From a virus, in IMG/VR virus record IMGVR_UViG_3300037458_001730, positions 32,056 to 96,055 of that record: a stretch of DNA of 64,000 nucleotides. The stretch is one strand, 5' to 3'. Of this stretch, positions 1 through 10,860 are shown piece by piece. Below the pieces are notes generated by a model. The model saw only the letters and a program-made list of their open reading frames with translations, made no database searches and was not told where the DNA came from. Position 1 is the stretch's first letter, and each line of letters opens with the position of its first letter. The position numbers and the translations under genes are program-made.

Positions 1-1048
1 AATCTTTTAGCAAAGAGTTAAACAAGCTTCTGGCAAATTCTTTTTTTGTCGTGTTTGTTGGGTCGTTTGCTATGTCACAATTGCTAAAAATTACTGATTC
101 CATTGGGACTTTTTGACCTTCTGCTTGTAGGTTGTTTATTGTATTAAACACACTAGGCAAATAAGGCTGCACTAAGACGGACATAAAACTAAGAAGTTTT
201 TCTATTAAAATTTGAGAAAATCTTTTTCCGCCCTTATTCGCATTTTCTTCGTTGTTTATATTTTGAACTTGATTTCCAACATATTGATTTAATTGTATTA
301 AAGATGCTGCTGGCGATTGCACCGAGCTTGGTTGTGTATATTGACCACCTCCAGTAAATAAAAATCCTGGATCTTCTGGTAATTTAATTTTTACATCTTG
401 ACACGAGATTTCATAAATAACTTCGCCAGCCTCCAATTCTTTTTTTAGCTTTATTCTATTGAATTCGATATCTTGATTTCTTGTTACTGGCGGATTAGAC
501 AAACTAAATAAACCTTCGCTACAAACTGCATTATTTATAAAAAAATCAACCTGTTGTTGGTTTGTGTTTAAACTTAAGCTGTTTGTTTTTCTTGGACCAA
601 ATATCATAACCACAAGATCTTTGGCTATCTTTTGCTTATAAACTTGTAAAAAGCTGGTTGGAACTACACCTTTTAGATATTCTCTGTTTGATTTCTTATA
701 AGCTTTTTTTGTTGATTCTGATGCGTTTGGAGAGTCTATCCACGGCGACAACCTTACACCCTTTTGACCTATAGAGTCAGCTATTGCATCTATCACTTTT
801 TCTTCAAGAAATGTGTCAGTCACATCGAAAACTTTTGTCAAAAAAGCGTTAAAAACTATTTCTGGTGTTAAACCCATTACGCTTAATATTTTTAAAAGAT
901 AATCGAAAGTTGAAATTTGATTTGCTTTTGGGATGTTAACTTTTCTTATGCTTGGTATAGACAAAAGACTCTTCATTGAACCTATTTTTGCAGTAAGTTC
1001 AGCTTGAGTATCAGTTAAAGGAGCGTTTATTGGTAAGTCCAGTGCCAT
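1..1048 (-). CDS. Hypothetical protein, partial (runs off the left edge), possibly structural
   Basis: Not in the ORF track. ATG at 1048 (MALDLPINAPLTDTQAELTAKIGSMKSLLS...) and the frame stays open to position 1. Confidence 0.75.
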   Translation of the reverse strand, partial: MALDLPINAPLTDTQAELTAKIGSMKSLLSIPSIRKVNIPKANQISTFDYLLKILSVMGLTPEIVFNAFLTKVFDVTDTFLEEKVIDAIADSIGQKGVRLSPWIDSPNASESTKKAYKKSNREYLKGVVPTSFLQVYKQKIAKDLVVMIFGPRKTNSLSLNTNQQQVDFFINNAVCSEGLFSLSNPPVTRNQDIEFNRIKLKKELEAGEVIYEISCQDVKIKLPEDPGFLFTGGGQYTQPSSVQSPAASLIQLNQYVGNQVQNINNEENANKGGKRFSQILIEKLLSFMSVLVQPYLPSVFNTINNLQAEGQKVPMESVIFSNCDIANDPTNTTKKEFARSLFNSLLKD

Positions 1049-1058
1049 TTAAAATGTA

Positions 1059-1460
1059 TTAGTCTTCGTTTTCTGATTCTATATCTGTGCTTGAACGGTT
1101 TGTGGTTGAATAGTTAATTCCTAGCTCTTTTTCTTGCTGTTTTATTGCATCTATAATAGCTCTCATTTCTGCATCGTTTGATTCTGGGCTTTTATTGCTT
1201 GAATCTGAATTGTTTTCTTTGTAAATAATACTCTTTATTTCTTTAGAAAGAGCCATGATGTCATTTGTTATATCAGATGCTTGTCTTAAAAATGCGGCAG
1301 CGTTTTTTCCAAGAAGCATAAAGTGCTCATTATTAGTCATGCTTTCATCGGCTTTTCTATATCTATCTAGAGCTAAATCTCTTTCTTCTTCTTTGTTAGT
1401 TAAAATTTTGTTTAAAAGCATTAAATAACTGGTTTCATCTATCTTAATTTCTTTGGCCAT
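1059..1460 (-). CDS. Hypothetical helical protein
   Basis: 133-aa ORF preceded by the TATTTATA motif (1476-1483, - strand). Confidence 0.75.
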   Translation of the reverse strand: MAKEIKIDETSYLMLLNKILTNKEEERDLALDRYRKADESMTNNEHFMLLGKNAAAFLRQASDITNDIMALSKEIKSIIYKENNSDSSNKSPESNDAEMRAIIDAIKQQEKELGINYSTTNRSSTDIESENED

Positions 1461-1475
1461 ATTTTTGTGTTTTTA

Positions 1476-1483
1476 TATAAATA
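1476..1483 (-). promoter_or_regulatory. Putative late promoter motif TATTTATA
   Basis: Same motif that precedes most structural genes in the window; 15 nt upstream of the ATG at 1460. Confidence 0.6.
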
Positions 1484-1497
1484 ATCAGATAAAAAAG

Positions 1498-1866
1498 TTA
1501 TTTTAAAAGATACTCTTTTTTAGAAGTATCGTATATTTTGTACAATTCCGAGAATAGCACATCAAATTCTGTAGAACATTTTTCAGATATCTTGTATAGG
1601 GCTTTTTTGGTTATTACAAGATCATGTGGAGATAGATTGTTTTCTATTATTGTATCAAAACAATCTAGTATGTCTAAGGTAGATTTTAAAAATAAGTTTC
1701 TACCCTCAATATTACTTTCGAAAATATTTGATTCAAACTTTAAACTAAGGGTAAAATGTTTGTAAAAACCTATGCAATTATCTTGGTTTATATCTTGAGA
1801 ATAATCATTAAACCAATTTTCTAATATTTGTAAGAAAATTTCTTTTTTCTCAATTTTGGTCATCAT
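1498..1866 (-). CDS. Hypothetical protein
   Basis: 122-aa ORF whose start overlaps the end of the upstream gene. Confidence 0.6.
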   Translation of the reverse strand: MMTKIEKKEIFLQILENWFNDYSQDINQDNCIGFYKHFTLSLKFESNIFESNIEGRNLFLKSTLDILDCFDTIIENNLSPHDLVITKKALYKISEKCSTEFDVLFSELYKIYDTSKKEYLLK

Positions 1867-2806
1867 CTTTTTTTATAAAATCTTGTTTAAGTATTCTATA
1901 AAAAACTCTAAATCTACTTAAAGAATAAGTGATATCTTTTGTTTGTAAGCCAGTGTTTTCTTTTATTAGTTGATATATGTGATTTTTATTGTATGCGCCC
2001 AACACCTCGTGGCTTTTAAATATTTCAATAATCGCATCACCAACTTTCATGTCATTTTCAGATAAATGACCTTTATCTAGTTCTTCTTCTATGGATTTTA
2101 TTACGTGTTTAAACAATGAATACGAAGTTTCGAGCTCTGATTTTTGATCTAATTCAAAAGTGTCTACGCTGTCAGCCTCATCCCTGTGGTTGTCGTAATC
2201 AAGATTTATCTGTAGAGATTTATCAAAATCTTTTTTCTCTCCTTGCAAATAATGTTTTGCGACGGTTCCAAAATATGAAAAAGATTTTGTGTTTTTACCT
2301 GGGTTAAAGTTTGCAAATTTGCTATACACAAAAGATAAACAATCATTGTGCAACGTTTTTATATCCAAACCAGGTCTAAACAATTTAAAGTTAAATATGA
2401 TATTTTCGACTAATTTATTTAGGGGTTTTTGTATTCTTTCCCTATAAACTCTGTCTTTAGCATCTATAACACTTTGACTTGATGCTTCTAAAGATGCACT
2501 TCTAAGTCTTTGAACATATGATTCGTTAATTTGTTTTTTGTTTTTAAGACACTCTTCTAGATATTTTTCAATTTGAATGTTGTAATAATGAAAATCGTGG
2601 GTTAAATATTCAATAACTGCGTTTTCTGTGTCTTCTGTCCAGTAGGTCTTTTTTTTCTTTTCTAGTTCTTGGATTAACGAATCAACTTCAACTGGTGTCG
2701 ATTTATCTTTTTTTTCGACACCAGTTGGGTTTTCTATTTTTGTGTTATTTTTTTTTAACTTATTATTGTTAGCCTTCTTTTGTGTTTTATTTGAAGGTTT
2801 TTTCAT
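1850..2806 (-). CDS. Putative phage sigma factor (T4 gp55-like late sigma)
   Basis: Segment NFNPGKNTKSFSYFGTVAKHYL resembles sigma region 2 as seen in gp55 (NFDP.K..NPFAYFT.I). Lys/Asn-rich N-terminal tail. Confidence 0.55.
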   Translation of the reverse strand: MKKPSNKTQKKANNNKLKKNNTKIENPTGVEKKDKSTPVEVDSLIQELEKKKKTYWTEDTENAVIEYLTHDFHYYNIQIEKYLEECLKNKKQINESYVQRLRSASLEASSQSVIDAKDRVYRERIQKPLNKLVENIIFNFKLFRPGLDIKTLHNDCLSFVYSKFANFNPGKNTKSFSYFGTVAKHYLQGEKKDFDKSLQINLDYDNHRDEADSVDTFELDQKSELETSYSLFKHVIKSIEEELDKGHLSENDMKVGDAIIEIFKSHEVLGAYNKNHIYQLIKENTGLQTKDITYSLSRFRVFYRILKQDFIKKDDDQN

Positions 2807-2838
2807 GTTTTCTTTGTATGTTTTTTTTATTTTTAGAT

Positions 2839-3777
2839 TTAAATAGTTGGAGAATATACTTTTTTCCTATCTGAATCAAAAAAATACTCTTTTTTCGCAA
2901 GTTCAACATAAAATCTTCCTTCATCTGGGTTTACACCACCTCTTTCTGGTGGATATGAAATAATATCGTGCGGCAATTTACATGTAGCGTCTTTAAATAC
3001 TTCTTTTCTTGTAATTCTCATTTCGTAGCCAAGTCTTTGAATTGTGAAAACTTTTAGATCATTATAAACCATTCTCAAAAAGAATTCGTAATAATGACTT
3101 ATTTTCATGCTTTCTTTCATTGGCAAATATTTTCCATTCTCGTCAGTCTCACAATAGTTAGATATGTCTTCAATTTTGTAAACTGCCCCAAGAGGATTTA
3201 CACAATTATATTTCATGAGAAGGTTAATATCTGTTTTTCCAGCTTCTTCAGACTGACCTTCAGCCCAGCAAGCTTCGTTTATTAAACCAGTAAAAGATCC
3301 ATTTACTGAATTTTTTACAATAGGTAAAAATATAGAAATTTCTGGTTTTTCTTTCATGAACACATCTGCCGTGTTAAACCACTTTAAAGAAAAACTGTCT
3401 TCTGCTTCTGCAAAAGAAATGCATTCATAGCCACTTTCTTTTGCTAAATTAAAGGTTGTGTTGAAAATTTTTGAGAAGTTCATATCAACCTCAGATTCGA
3501 TAATCTTAAAATTTAATTTTTTAACAGCGTTTATTCTTTCTTCTATAATCTCTTCTTTTTCATTTTTTTTAATCAATGTGTAATAAGGAGCTTCAGCCAA
3601 AACTTTTATTTTTTCATTTTGCTCATTGGTTAAACCTCTTGTGTATATTACAACATCAACTGGTTTTGTTTGTTCACAAATGCTGTATAAACATTCTGCC
3701 AAAGATTTATCTGTTGGCATTTCGTATATGTAAATTGCTAGTAAGCAATTACTTTGTTTTGATTCCTTCAAGTTCAT
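2839..3777 (-). CDS. GT2-like glycosyltransferase (degenerate GT-A fold)
   Basis: LAECLYSICEQT..VDVVI N-terminus, EAED in place of DxDD, YEFFLRM motif; translationally coupled to a GT4 gene. Confidence 0.6.
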   Translation of the reverse strand: MNLKESKQSNCLLAIYIYEMPTDKSLAECLYSICEQTKPVDVVIYTRGLTNEQNEKIKVLAEAPYYTLIKKNEKEEIIEERINAVKKLNFKIIESEVDMNFSKIFNTTFNLAKESGYECISFAEAEDSFSLKWFNTADVFMKEKPEISIFLPIVKNSVNGSFTGLINEACWAEGQSEEAGKTDINLLMKYNCVNPLGAVYKIEDISNYCETDENGKYLPMKESMKISHYYEFFLRMVYNDLKVFTIQRLGYEMRITRKEVFKDATCKLPHDIISYPPERGGVNPDEGRFYVELAKKEYFFDSDRKKVYSPTI

Positions 3778-4969
3778 TTATTCTTTCGTTTTTATATTGG
3801 TTAATAATATTTAAAAATTCATTTTTTTCATTTTCTTCAGCGTATGGGGTTAAAGTTTTTTCATATGATTTTTGAACATCTTCGTGATCCAATTCTCCAG
3901 CCAACCATTTATCTATTGCCACACCTAATGTTTCAGCTGTTTGAAATATGTCGCCATTATTTGTCCAAAAACCATTTTCATTGCTAATGTACTCTTTGCC
4001 TCCAAAAGCTGCCCATCCAACAACATGAGTTCCGCAAGCCATAGCCTCAAGTGGTAAAGTGCCGAAACCAGCAATATCATCTGTATATAAAAGAAATGCA
4101 CAAGATGCCAATCTTTCTGCAAACTGCTCTCTATCCATGTTGGCAAGCTCAACAAATCTAATCCACTTAAGATGTGGATAAAATGCATAAAAATTTCTTA
4201 TTATGCTATGAGTTTTCATTTTGTTTTCTGATCCTCTGCTACCAGTAAAACCAACAATAGGTAATTTATCAGACATTTTTGGTGGTACTTTAAATATCTT
4301 TCTGTTTATACCTTGTTTGAAATTTTTTATTTTCAAACCTGGCATTACCGAATTTAGATATTCGGTTATAGCATCAGAAACACTAATTGCGTCGTATATT
4401 CCGAAATGTTGCCATTTTTCTGCTGGTCTCATTGCCAAAAGAACATAGAACCAACTTTGTGCAAACACAATTCTTTTACAAGAAACTTGCATGGTTTTTT
4501 GCATAACATTTGGAAACCCTTCTGGAATAATCAAAAAATCTTCTGGGTTAACATTTAAAGGTTCACATTTAAATGGTTTATAATCTCCTTTTTCATTTTT
4601 TTCTCCGACAATAAAAATATCTTTATCGCCAAGAGGAATAAAATCAACACCCTCCATGCTAAAGTCTAACCATGTTGGATTAAACTTTTGATATACGTGA
4701 ACTTCTTTCTTTTGTTTTACTGACTCTTCATAAGAAGCTTTTTCGTCAATCATTGGTTCGTATACAATTTTTGCATTAAACCCGTTGTCTTTTAAAAGTT
4801 TTGCGCTTTTTAATAACACTCCCACGCCACCACTTGGTGAATTCATTGAGGGTGAATAATAGTAAATTTTAAAATCATTATTCTCTATTTTCTTTATTGC
4901 CGAGTCAATGATTTCATTGTGGCTAGCTGGAGCTTCAACTGCAGTTACTTCAGTGATTTCTTTTTCCAT
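3749..4969 (-). CDS. GT4-like (GT-B) glycosyltransferase
   Basis: SGGVGV N-terminal loop and GFGTLPLEAMACGTHVV signature. Confidence 0.8.
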   Translation of the reverse strand: MEKEITEVTAVEAPASHNEIIDSAIKKIENNDFKIYYYSPSMNSPSGGVGVLLKSAKLLKDNGFNAKIVYEPMIDEKASYEESVKQKKEVHVYQKFNPTWLDFSMEGVDFIPLGDKDIFIVGEKNEKGDYKPFKCEPLNVNPEDFLIIPEGFPNVMQKTMQVSCKRIVFAQSWFYVLLAMRPAEKWQHFGIYDAISVSDAITEYLNSVMPGLKIKNFKQGINRKIFKVPPKMSDKLPIVGFTGSRGSENKMKTHSIIRNFYAFYPHLKWIRFVELANMDREQFAERLASCAFLLYTDDIAGFGTLPLEAMACGTHVVGWAAFGGKEYISNENGFWTNNGDIFQTAETLGVAIDKWLAGELDHEDVQKSYEKTLTPYAEENEKNEFLNIINQYKNERINELEGIKTK

Positions 4970-5038
4970 TGTTTATGATGTGTTTAATTTTAATAAATAT
5001 ATGTAGCTAACATGGTAAAGTAAATAGTTTTTTTAAAA

Positions 5039-5070
5039 AAAAAGTCAAAGAAACACTTCTTTGACTTTTT
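5039..5070. terminator. Intrinsic terminator (A/T-flanked hairpin)
   Basis: AAAAAGTCAAAGAA-acac-TTCTTTGACTTTTT directly downstream of the vWA gene. Confidence 0.8.
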
Positions 5071-5091
5071 CACTTTTATTTGACTTTTTAC

Positions 5092-6072
5092 TTATTTTTT
5101 ATTTTTACTTTTTAGTTTCTTTTCAGCATTTTCCAATTCTTCTTTTGAAACATTTCCAGAGAGATCTAACAAACTGGCATCTTCTCCAATATTATCTAAG
5201 CCATTTGTAACACTAGACATTAAATTATCTGTTACTGCAGCATAAACACCAGCGCTTATAAATACACCCCTTCTTTGTAAAGAGGCTCCAGCGGTTGCAA
5301 AAGCAAGTTTAGTGCCTTGTGAAGATGATGTATAATTTACTGTGTTAGACGTATTAACACCAAGGTTTTTAGCTGTTAAAACTGAATCCTGGTTAGCGCC
5401 TATAAAACTAAATGTCCACAAGCCAGTTTTTTCAAGATCTGTAATTAGATTTTTAATTTTATTTGTGTCATACTCTTTTGAAACATTTTCCTCACCGTCT
5501 GTTAATATAACAACTAAAGCAGATGCTTCTCCAGACTCTAATTTATGTTTTATTTTGTTTTTAAGACTGTTTACAGAAATACCAATAGCATCATGCAGAG
5601 CTGTCATACCGTTTGGTATATAACTTTCTGGTTTTAATTCATCAACTTTAGAAGCTTCCACATTTTCAATAAGTGGGTTTATGTCATCATTAAATTTTGT
5701 GATGTTAATGTAGTATTTTTGATCTGGGTATTTATTTGCTAAATTTTTTATAGTTTGAATTTGTTCTTTTAAACCATCAAAAGTACTTTCTTTAACATGG
5801 TGCATGGATCCGCTTTCATCTAAAATGAGCAAATAATAAGTTTCTGTTGGATTTAAATTTTTTACTCCAGACACTAAAATATTGTTGTCTTTTCCTTGTT
5901 TTTTGTGCTTAATATTGTTTGTTTTTTTTATTTTGATTTTAGAATTGTTCTTTTTTTTGTTAGCGGCGGCTTTGTTAATTTTTTTGTTTATTGTTTTAGG
6001 TGTTTTTTTAACAACCTTTTTAGTAGGTTTTTTTTGAGAGCTTTGCGCTTTTTTTGTTTTTGTGGTTTTCAT
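5092..6072 (-). CDS. von Willebrand factor A domain protein with a Lys-rich N-terminal tail
   Basis: MIDAS motifs LILDESGSM, GMTALHDAIG and VILTDGEEN. The start at 6072 (MKTTKTKK) avoids overlapping the upstream gene; the track starts it at 6150. Confidence 0.85.
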   Translation of the reverse strand: MKTTKTKKAQSSQKKPTKKVVKKTPKTINKKINKAAANKKKNNSKIKIKKTNNIKHKKQGKDNNILVSGVKNLNPTETYYLLILDESGSMHHVKESTFDGLKEQIQTIKNLANKYPDQKYYINITKFNDDINPLIENVEASKVDELKPESYIPNGMTALHDAIGISVNSLKNKIKHKLESGEASALVVILTDGEENVSKEYDTNKIKNLITDLEKTGLWTFSFIGANQDSVLTAKNLGVNTSNTVNYTSSSQGTKLAFATAGASLQRRGVFISAGVYAAVTDNLMSSVTNGLDNIGEDASLLDLSGNVSKEELENAEKKLKSKNKK

Positions 6073-6115
6073 TTTAGTATATTTTTTTGATGTTTTTTGT
6101 TTGTATAAAACAAAA

Positions 6116-6880
6116 CTATTTTGCTTTATTTGGATAAAATATTTTATCAAAAAGGGCTTCGTTGCAAGCTTCCTTAATAGATGAAAAAGAATAATCAGCT
6201 GTATCCCATTGATTAAAAAGATGAGAAATCTTAATGCTAGTTTTTCCTTTTGTTTTGCTTTGTAAAGCTAATGGTGACGCATCTATTAAAACATCACAAT
6301 GTTCCCATTTTTCAGAGTCACTACCAACAAAAATAATTTTTTTAATTCTACAATTTGTTTTGCTTAAAAAGAAATATGTGGCAGGAATAGCTTTTGATCT
6401 ATGTGTGCAAAATAACACAACATCGAATTTACCATTAACAAAACCTATGTTTTGCAATTTGTTAACACAGTCCATAGCACCCTTATATTCATCGGCTTGA
6501 CCAAAAACTTGAAAGGGGTAGTCTTCGTATAGAAACTTTTCTAGGTTTTGTTTTGGAGTATATTCTATAGGATCAAGATTAATGCCTTCTTTTCCCTCCA
6601 TTTCTATAAACTTTGACATTTCTATTGATTGAGATGAAAACTTATAGTGGTTTAAAATATCATAAGAATCCATGGGTAAATTAATCAAATCTTTTTCTCT
6701 TTCCTTGATCATATCATCTATTATTTTAGCCTCTTCTAGAGTTTGCTCTTTATATGTCATCGTTTTTTCGTCCATAGCTACAATGTTCGGGTTATGAATA
6801 AAAACTTTTCTGTATTGCATATCGAACTTGTCCATAGACATTCTTAAAACTTCATCAATTGCTATTCCTATTGTTTTCAT
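6116..6880 (-). CDS. HAD-superfamily 5'(3')-deoxyribonucleotidase-like protein, possibly inactive
   Basis: IGIAIDEVL (motif I with the first Asp replaced by Ala), DVLIDASP motif IV, FNQW tail. Confidence 0.55.
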   Translation of the reverse strand: MKTIGIAIDEVLRMSMDKFDMQYRKVFIHNPNIVAMDEKTMTYKEQTLEEAKIIDDMIKEREKDLINLPMDSYDILNHYKFSSQSIEMSKFIEMEGKEGINLDPIEYTPKQNLEKFLYEDYPFQVFGQADEYKGAMDCVNKLQNIGFVNGKFDVVLFCTHRSKAIPATYFFLSKTNCRIKKIIFVGSDSEKWEHCDVLIDASPLALQSKTKGKTSIKISHLFNQWDTADYSFSSIKEACNEALFDKIFYPNKAK

Positions 6881-6940
6881 ATTTTTTATTTAAAATTGTT
6901 TGGTATCTTCTTCAATATGATTATTTATGTGTGCATAAAT

Positions 6941-8506
6941 CTATTTAAAAGTTGTGAATTCTCCACGAATAAAATTTATGTGTTGCGCTTTTCCATCTTC
7001 GTGTATGATGATGTGACTATTTAACCAAGAGCTTTGTCCTTTATTATAACTAACTCTTAGTTTGGTGCTTGTGCCAACAGATAAAGCACCATCTAATCTT
7101 ACTGGTTGATGGCTGTGACCTGTAATGTTTTTAGTATTTAGTTTTCTGTATTGTGTTATAGATCCTCTGCTACCAGAGGCTCCTATATCTCCATGAACAC
7201 CAAGCTCAAAACCTTTTACTCTAAAACTTTCATCCCTTCCAAGACATTTAATTTTTGGGAACCTCTGGTTTATTACGTATGGTATTATTCCTTTTGGTGC
7301 TTTCTTTTGCATAATTAACGTTGAAAATTCAGTAAAAAGCAAATAATTCTTACTAGCCTTCATGTGTTTTGAATCACTTGACCTGAGCCACTTATCAACA
7401 ACATCGTTATGATTGCTTGGTACAACTACAATATTATAATCTTTGAATTGCTCCAACCAATTAAGCATTTCATCCAACTCTCTTTTTAAAGAGTTTGTAC
7501 CATTAACATCTCTCTCGTATTGTATAAATGGATCATTTAACTCGTGATGAGAAATCGAGTGACCATTAAAAATGTCATGCATAACTATATTTCCTGGGTG
7601 TAATTTTTTACACAACACATTTAAAGTTGAATTAATTACTTTTTCATCATGGTCTCCAACATGAATATCGCCCATTATAAGCGAAGCTATTTTATTATTC
7701 TTTCTTACTTTTCCATCAGTAACATTGTAATATAGGTCGTTAAAATTACCCTTATTGTCAGCTGTTACCTGTCTAATAAAAAATATTTCTTTGTTTTTTA
7801 TTTCAACTATGACAAACCCATAGCTATGATTAAATTCTCCTCTTTTTCCAGCTTTAGAATCTGTGTAGTTTTGTTTTGTACAAGCGCCAGTTGTAACCAT
7901 CATTTTTTGAACATAACTTTCTAAAACTGGCACCATTTTCAAGTGAACTTTCGGATGTCCAACTATACAAGATTTATCGCCAGTGAAACTTTCAAACCCC
8001 TCCAATGGGTTAATTGCTGTAGGTTGTGTTTTTATATTTCCTAACACTGTAAGAAATGGGTGAATATCATGTCTCGCAGCATCCAAATATCCTTTTTCTA
8101 GAAGTTCTGGGGCCCAAACCTCTTCATCTTTATCTTGAAAGACTGATGTTGGATTCTTGTACCTGCCAGCTATAACATGTATTGAAGCGTTGTGGTATTT
8201 TGCATATACTTCCATGTTTTTTAAAAATGGAGCATGTAAAGGCGTATTGTTTTGGGCCCAAGAAATAATGTAAACTTTTTTAGTTTTATCTAGCTTCTTT
8301 TTCTTAGCCTCCATAAATTCAAAAGACTCTTCTGGGGCTCTTTCTTTAAAGCCTAATGCCACAAGATTTCTTCTAACACTTCTCTCAGAAGTAACACCAA
8401 AAAAAGTTTTTAATTTACTAGTTCTTTCGTCCCAGGTAAGATTTGGGTCTATATAAATCTGTCTGATTTGTTCTTTGTCGCTCTCAGTTAGTTGTTTTAA
8501 CTTCAT
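6941..8506 (-). CDS. Calcineurin-like metallophosphoesterase, T5 A1-like
   Basis: GDIH, HDIFNG, SNHND, GVHGD and GHSH metal-binding motifs; C-terminal YNKGQSSW..SH; predicted N-terminal helix-turn-helix. Confidence 0.65.
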   Translation of the reverse strand: MKLKQLTESDKEQIRQIYIDPNLTWDERTSKLKTFFGVTSERSVRRNLVALGFKERAPEESFEFMEAKKKKLDKTKKVYIISWAQNNTPLHAPFLKNMEVYAKYHNASIHVIAGRYKNPTSVFQDKDEEVWAPELLEKGYLDAARHDIHPFLTVLGNIKTQPTAINPLEGFESFTGDKSCIVGHPKVHLKMVPVLESYVQKMMVTTGACTKQNYTDSKAGKRGEFNHSYGFVIVEIKNKEIFFIRQVTADNKGNFNDLYYNVTDGKVRKNNKIASLIMGDIHVGDHDEKVINSTLNVLCKKLHPGNIVMHDIFNGHSISHHELNDPFIQYERDVNGTNSLKRELDEMLNWLEQFKDYNIVVVPSNHNDVVDKWLRSSDSKHMKASKNYLLFTEFSTLIMQKKAPKGIIPYVINQRFPKIKCLGRDESFRVKGFELGVHGDIGASGSRGSITQYRKLNTKNITGHSHQPVRLDGALSVGTSTKLRVSYNKGQSSWLNSHIIIHEDGKAQHINFIRGEFTTFK

Positions 8507-8525
8507 AAAACGTAATTTTTAAAGA

Positions 8526-8557
8526 CTAATTTATATGTTTTTTTTATAATATGCAAA
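8526..8557 (-). promoter_or_regulatory. Bacteroidota-type sigma70 promoter (near consensus)
   Basis: On the - strand: TTTG-N20-TAAATTAG upstream of the gene starting at 8506. Confidence 0.5.
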
Positions 8558-8582
8558 TTTTTAAGAAAAAAGCTAGATAAAA

Positions 8583-9608
8583 CTACCTAGACAACTCGTG
8601 AGAAACCATTATTTCTACAAGTTCTTTAAATTTGACTTTTGGCTGCCAACCAAGAATTGTTTTTGCCTTAGAAGCGTCTCCAAGCAAAAGATCTACTTCT
8701 GATGGTCTAAAATATTTAGGATCTACCTCTACAAGTAATTTACCACTATGTAGATCATAACCCTTTTCTTCCACACCAGAACCGACCCAATTTATTTTGT
8801 AACCTATTATTTCGCAAGTTGTTTCGACTAATTCTCTAACTGAATGAGTTTCATTTGTCGCAAGAACAAAATCTTCTGGAACATCTCTTTGCAGCATTAA
8901 CCACATCCCTTCTACATAATCTTTTGCGTAACCCCAATCTCTTTTTGAGTCTAAATTACCAATGCTTAAAATATCTCTTTTTCCCTGTTTTATTTCGACT
9001 AAATTATTTATCACTTTTTTTGTAACAAATGTGCCGCCTCTTCTAGGGCTTTCATGGTTAAACAATATACCATTACACGCAAATATATCATATGCTTCTC
9101 TATAGTTTTTTACAGCCCAATAACCATATATTTTAGCTACACCATATGGGCTTCTTGGGTGAAAAACAGATTTTTCAGTATATCCAGTTTCTGGCATGTT
9201 ATAACTCATACCGCCATACAACTCTGATGTTGATGCCTGGTAAAATCTAGATGTTGGACAATGAATTCGCATTGCTTCTAAAATCGTAAGTGTTCCCAAA
9301 GCGTCAACCATACCAGTGTAATATGGCTGTTCAAATGAAACTTTAACATGCGATTGAGCTGCCAAATTATAAATTTCATCTGGTTTTATTGTGGCAATTA
9401 AATTTGTTGTACTTGCTGGGTCAGTAACATCTCCATAGTGCAAAGTCAGCTTGTTGAAAATGTGGTCTATTCTTTCAGTATTAAAGCTGCTAGATCTTCT
9501 TATTACACCGTGCACCTCATAACCTTTTTCTAAAAGAAGTTCTGCTAAATATGAACCATCTTGTCCAGTTATACCAAAACAAATTGCTATTTTTTTATCC
9601 TTTTTCAT
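8583..9608 (-). CDS. gmd: GDP-mannose 4,6-dehydratase
   Basis: [58 protein letters not shown]. Confidence 0.97.
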   Translation of the reverse strand: MKKDKKIAICFGITGQDGSYLAELLLEKGYEVHGVIRRSSSFNTERIDHIFNKLTLHYGDVTDPASTTNLIATIKPDEIYNLAAQSHVKVSFEQPYYTGMVDALGTLTILEAMRIHCPTSRFYQASTSELYGGMSYNMPETGYTEKSVFHPRSPYGVAKIYGYWAVKNYREAYDIFACNGILFNHESPRRGGTFVTKKVINNLVEIKQGKRDILSIGNLDSKRDWGYAKDYVEGMWLMLQRDVPEDFVLATNETHSVRELVETTCEIIGYKINWVGSGVEEKGYDLHSGKLLVEVDPKYFRPSEVDLLLGDASKAKTILGWQPKVKFKELVEIMVSHELSR

Positions 9609-10807
9609 TGAGCCTCCTCTATTGCACTAAGTACGCAGTTGCACATGTGATCTATTTCTTCTCTTGTTAAATTGGGGTGATTAGGTATATACATACCACA
9701 ATCATCAATTCTTGAAACAGTCTCTAAAGATACTCTACCAAAACTTTTTACAAAAAATGGTTGAGTCCCCATAGATCCACATATTAAAGGTCTGCACTCA
9801 ACGTTGTTTTCTATTAGTTTCTTTACAACTCTTTCTTTTTCTTCTTTTGTTTCAGTTATTATTGGAATACAAAAACTAGCAGTGAAACTATCTTCTTCTT
9901 CAACTGGGAACCAAATATAAGGAGATAAACGATTTTTAAAAATTTGAAAATTTTTGTTTCTTTGTTCTATCATCGCATCAACTTTTTCAAGTTGTCTTAA
10001 TCCAATTACAGCTTGAAGATCTGTTGATCTAACATTGAAACCAGGGACATAGAAAGTATATAACGCAGAAAAATCATCTATACCCCATTTTTCTCGTAAT
10101 TCTATTTGTTTCGTTGAGTCTAAATCTCTATCCCACCCATGACTTCTTAGTTGTTTTAACATGTCATAAACTTCTTTATCGTTTGTTGAGATCATACCAC
10201 CTTCAATAGTGCTCATAGTATGACCAAAATAAGTAGAGAAACTAGACATTAAGCCAAAATTTCCAAGTTTTTTACCTTTGTACATTGTTCCTTGGGACTC
10301 ACAATTATCTTCAAGTAGTATAACTCCGTATTTTTTACAAAGATTTACAACTTCATCCATATTTGGAGATAAGCCAAGAACTGATACCAATATCATAGCT
10401 GCTGGTTGTTCATTTATAAAAATATACTCCAAATGTTCAAGATCAACAGATAAATTGCTTAAATTACAATCTACTATAAGTGGTTGAAATCCGAGTTGAA
10501 CGACTGGTGCTAGATCTGTAGCCCAAGCTAATGATGGCACAACTACTTTGCCATTTCTTAATTTATAAAGCTCTATTATAGCATAAAGCATTAAAAGGTT
10601 AGCAGATGATCCAGAATTAACAAAAACAGAATATTTACAACCAAGCCATTTTGACCAGGCTTCTTCAAACTCTATTGTTTTTTCTCCTTTTGTTAAGCGC
10701 GGGTAAGTTTTTAACCACTTAATTAAATGATCAATATCGCTTTTGTCTATAGTATCTTTTACGAGGGTAATTCGCTCGCGAACCTGATTTAAATCTTTGT
10801 TTTTCAT
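9605..10807 (-). CDS. colD: PLP-dependent GDP-4-keto-6-deoxymannose 3-dehydratase (ColD-like, DegT fold)
   Basis: VNSGSSANL and LLEDNCES motifs. [15 protein letters not shown] has His where aminotransferases have the Schiff-base Lys, and there is no Cys cluster loop (RSHGWDRDL). Adjacent to gmd. Confidence 0.75.
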   Translation of the reverse strand: MKNKDLNQVRERITLVKDTIDKSDIDHLIKWLKTYPRLTKGEKTIEFEEAWSKWLGCKYSVFVNSGSSANLLMLYAIIELYKLRNGKVVVPSLAWATDLAPVVQLGFQPLIVDCNLSNLSVDLEHLEYIFINEQPAAMILVSVLGLSPNMDEVVNLCKKYGVILLEDNCESQGTMYKGKKLGNFGLMSSFSTYFGHTMSTIEGGMISTNDKEVYDMLKQLRSHGWDRDLDSTKQIELREKWGIDDFSALYTFYVPGFNVRSTDLQAVIGLRQLEKVDAMIEQRNKNFQIFKNRLSPYIWFPVEEEDSFTASFCIPIITETKEEKERVVKKLIENNVECRPLICGSMGTQPFFVKSFGRVSLETVSRIDDCGMYIPNHPNLTREEIDHMCNCVLSAIEEAQ

Positions 10808-10860
10808 TACCTTTATTATTTATAAAAACATAAACAAAAAAAGTTTTAAAACAAAGTTAA

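Noticed and set aside
9605-10807. Perosamine synthase or another sugar aminotransferase
   Set aside because: The Schiff-base Lys position is His, which is typical of ColD/E1-type dehydratases.
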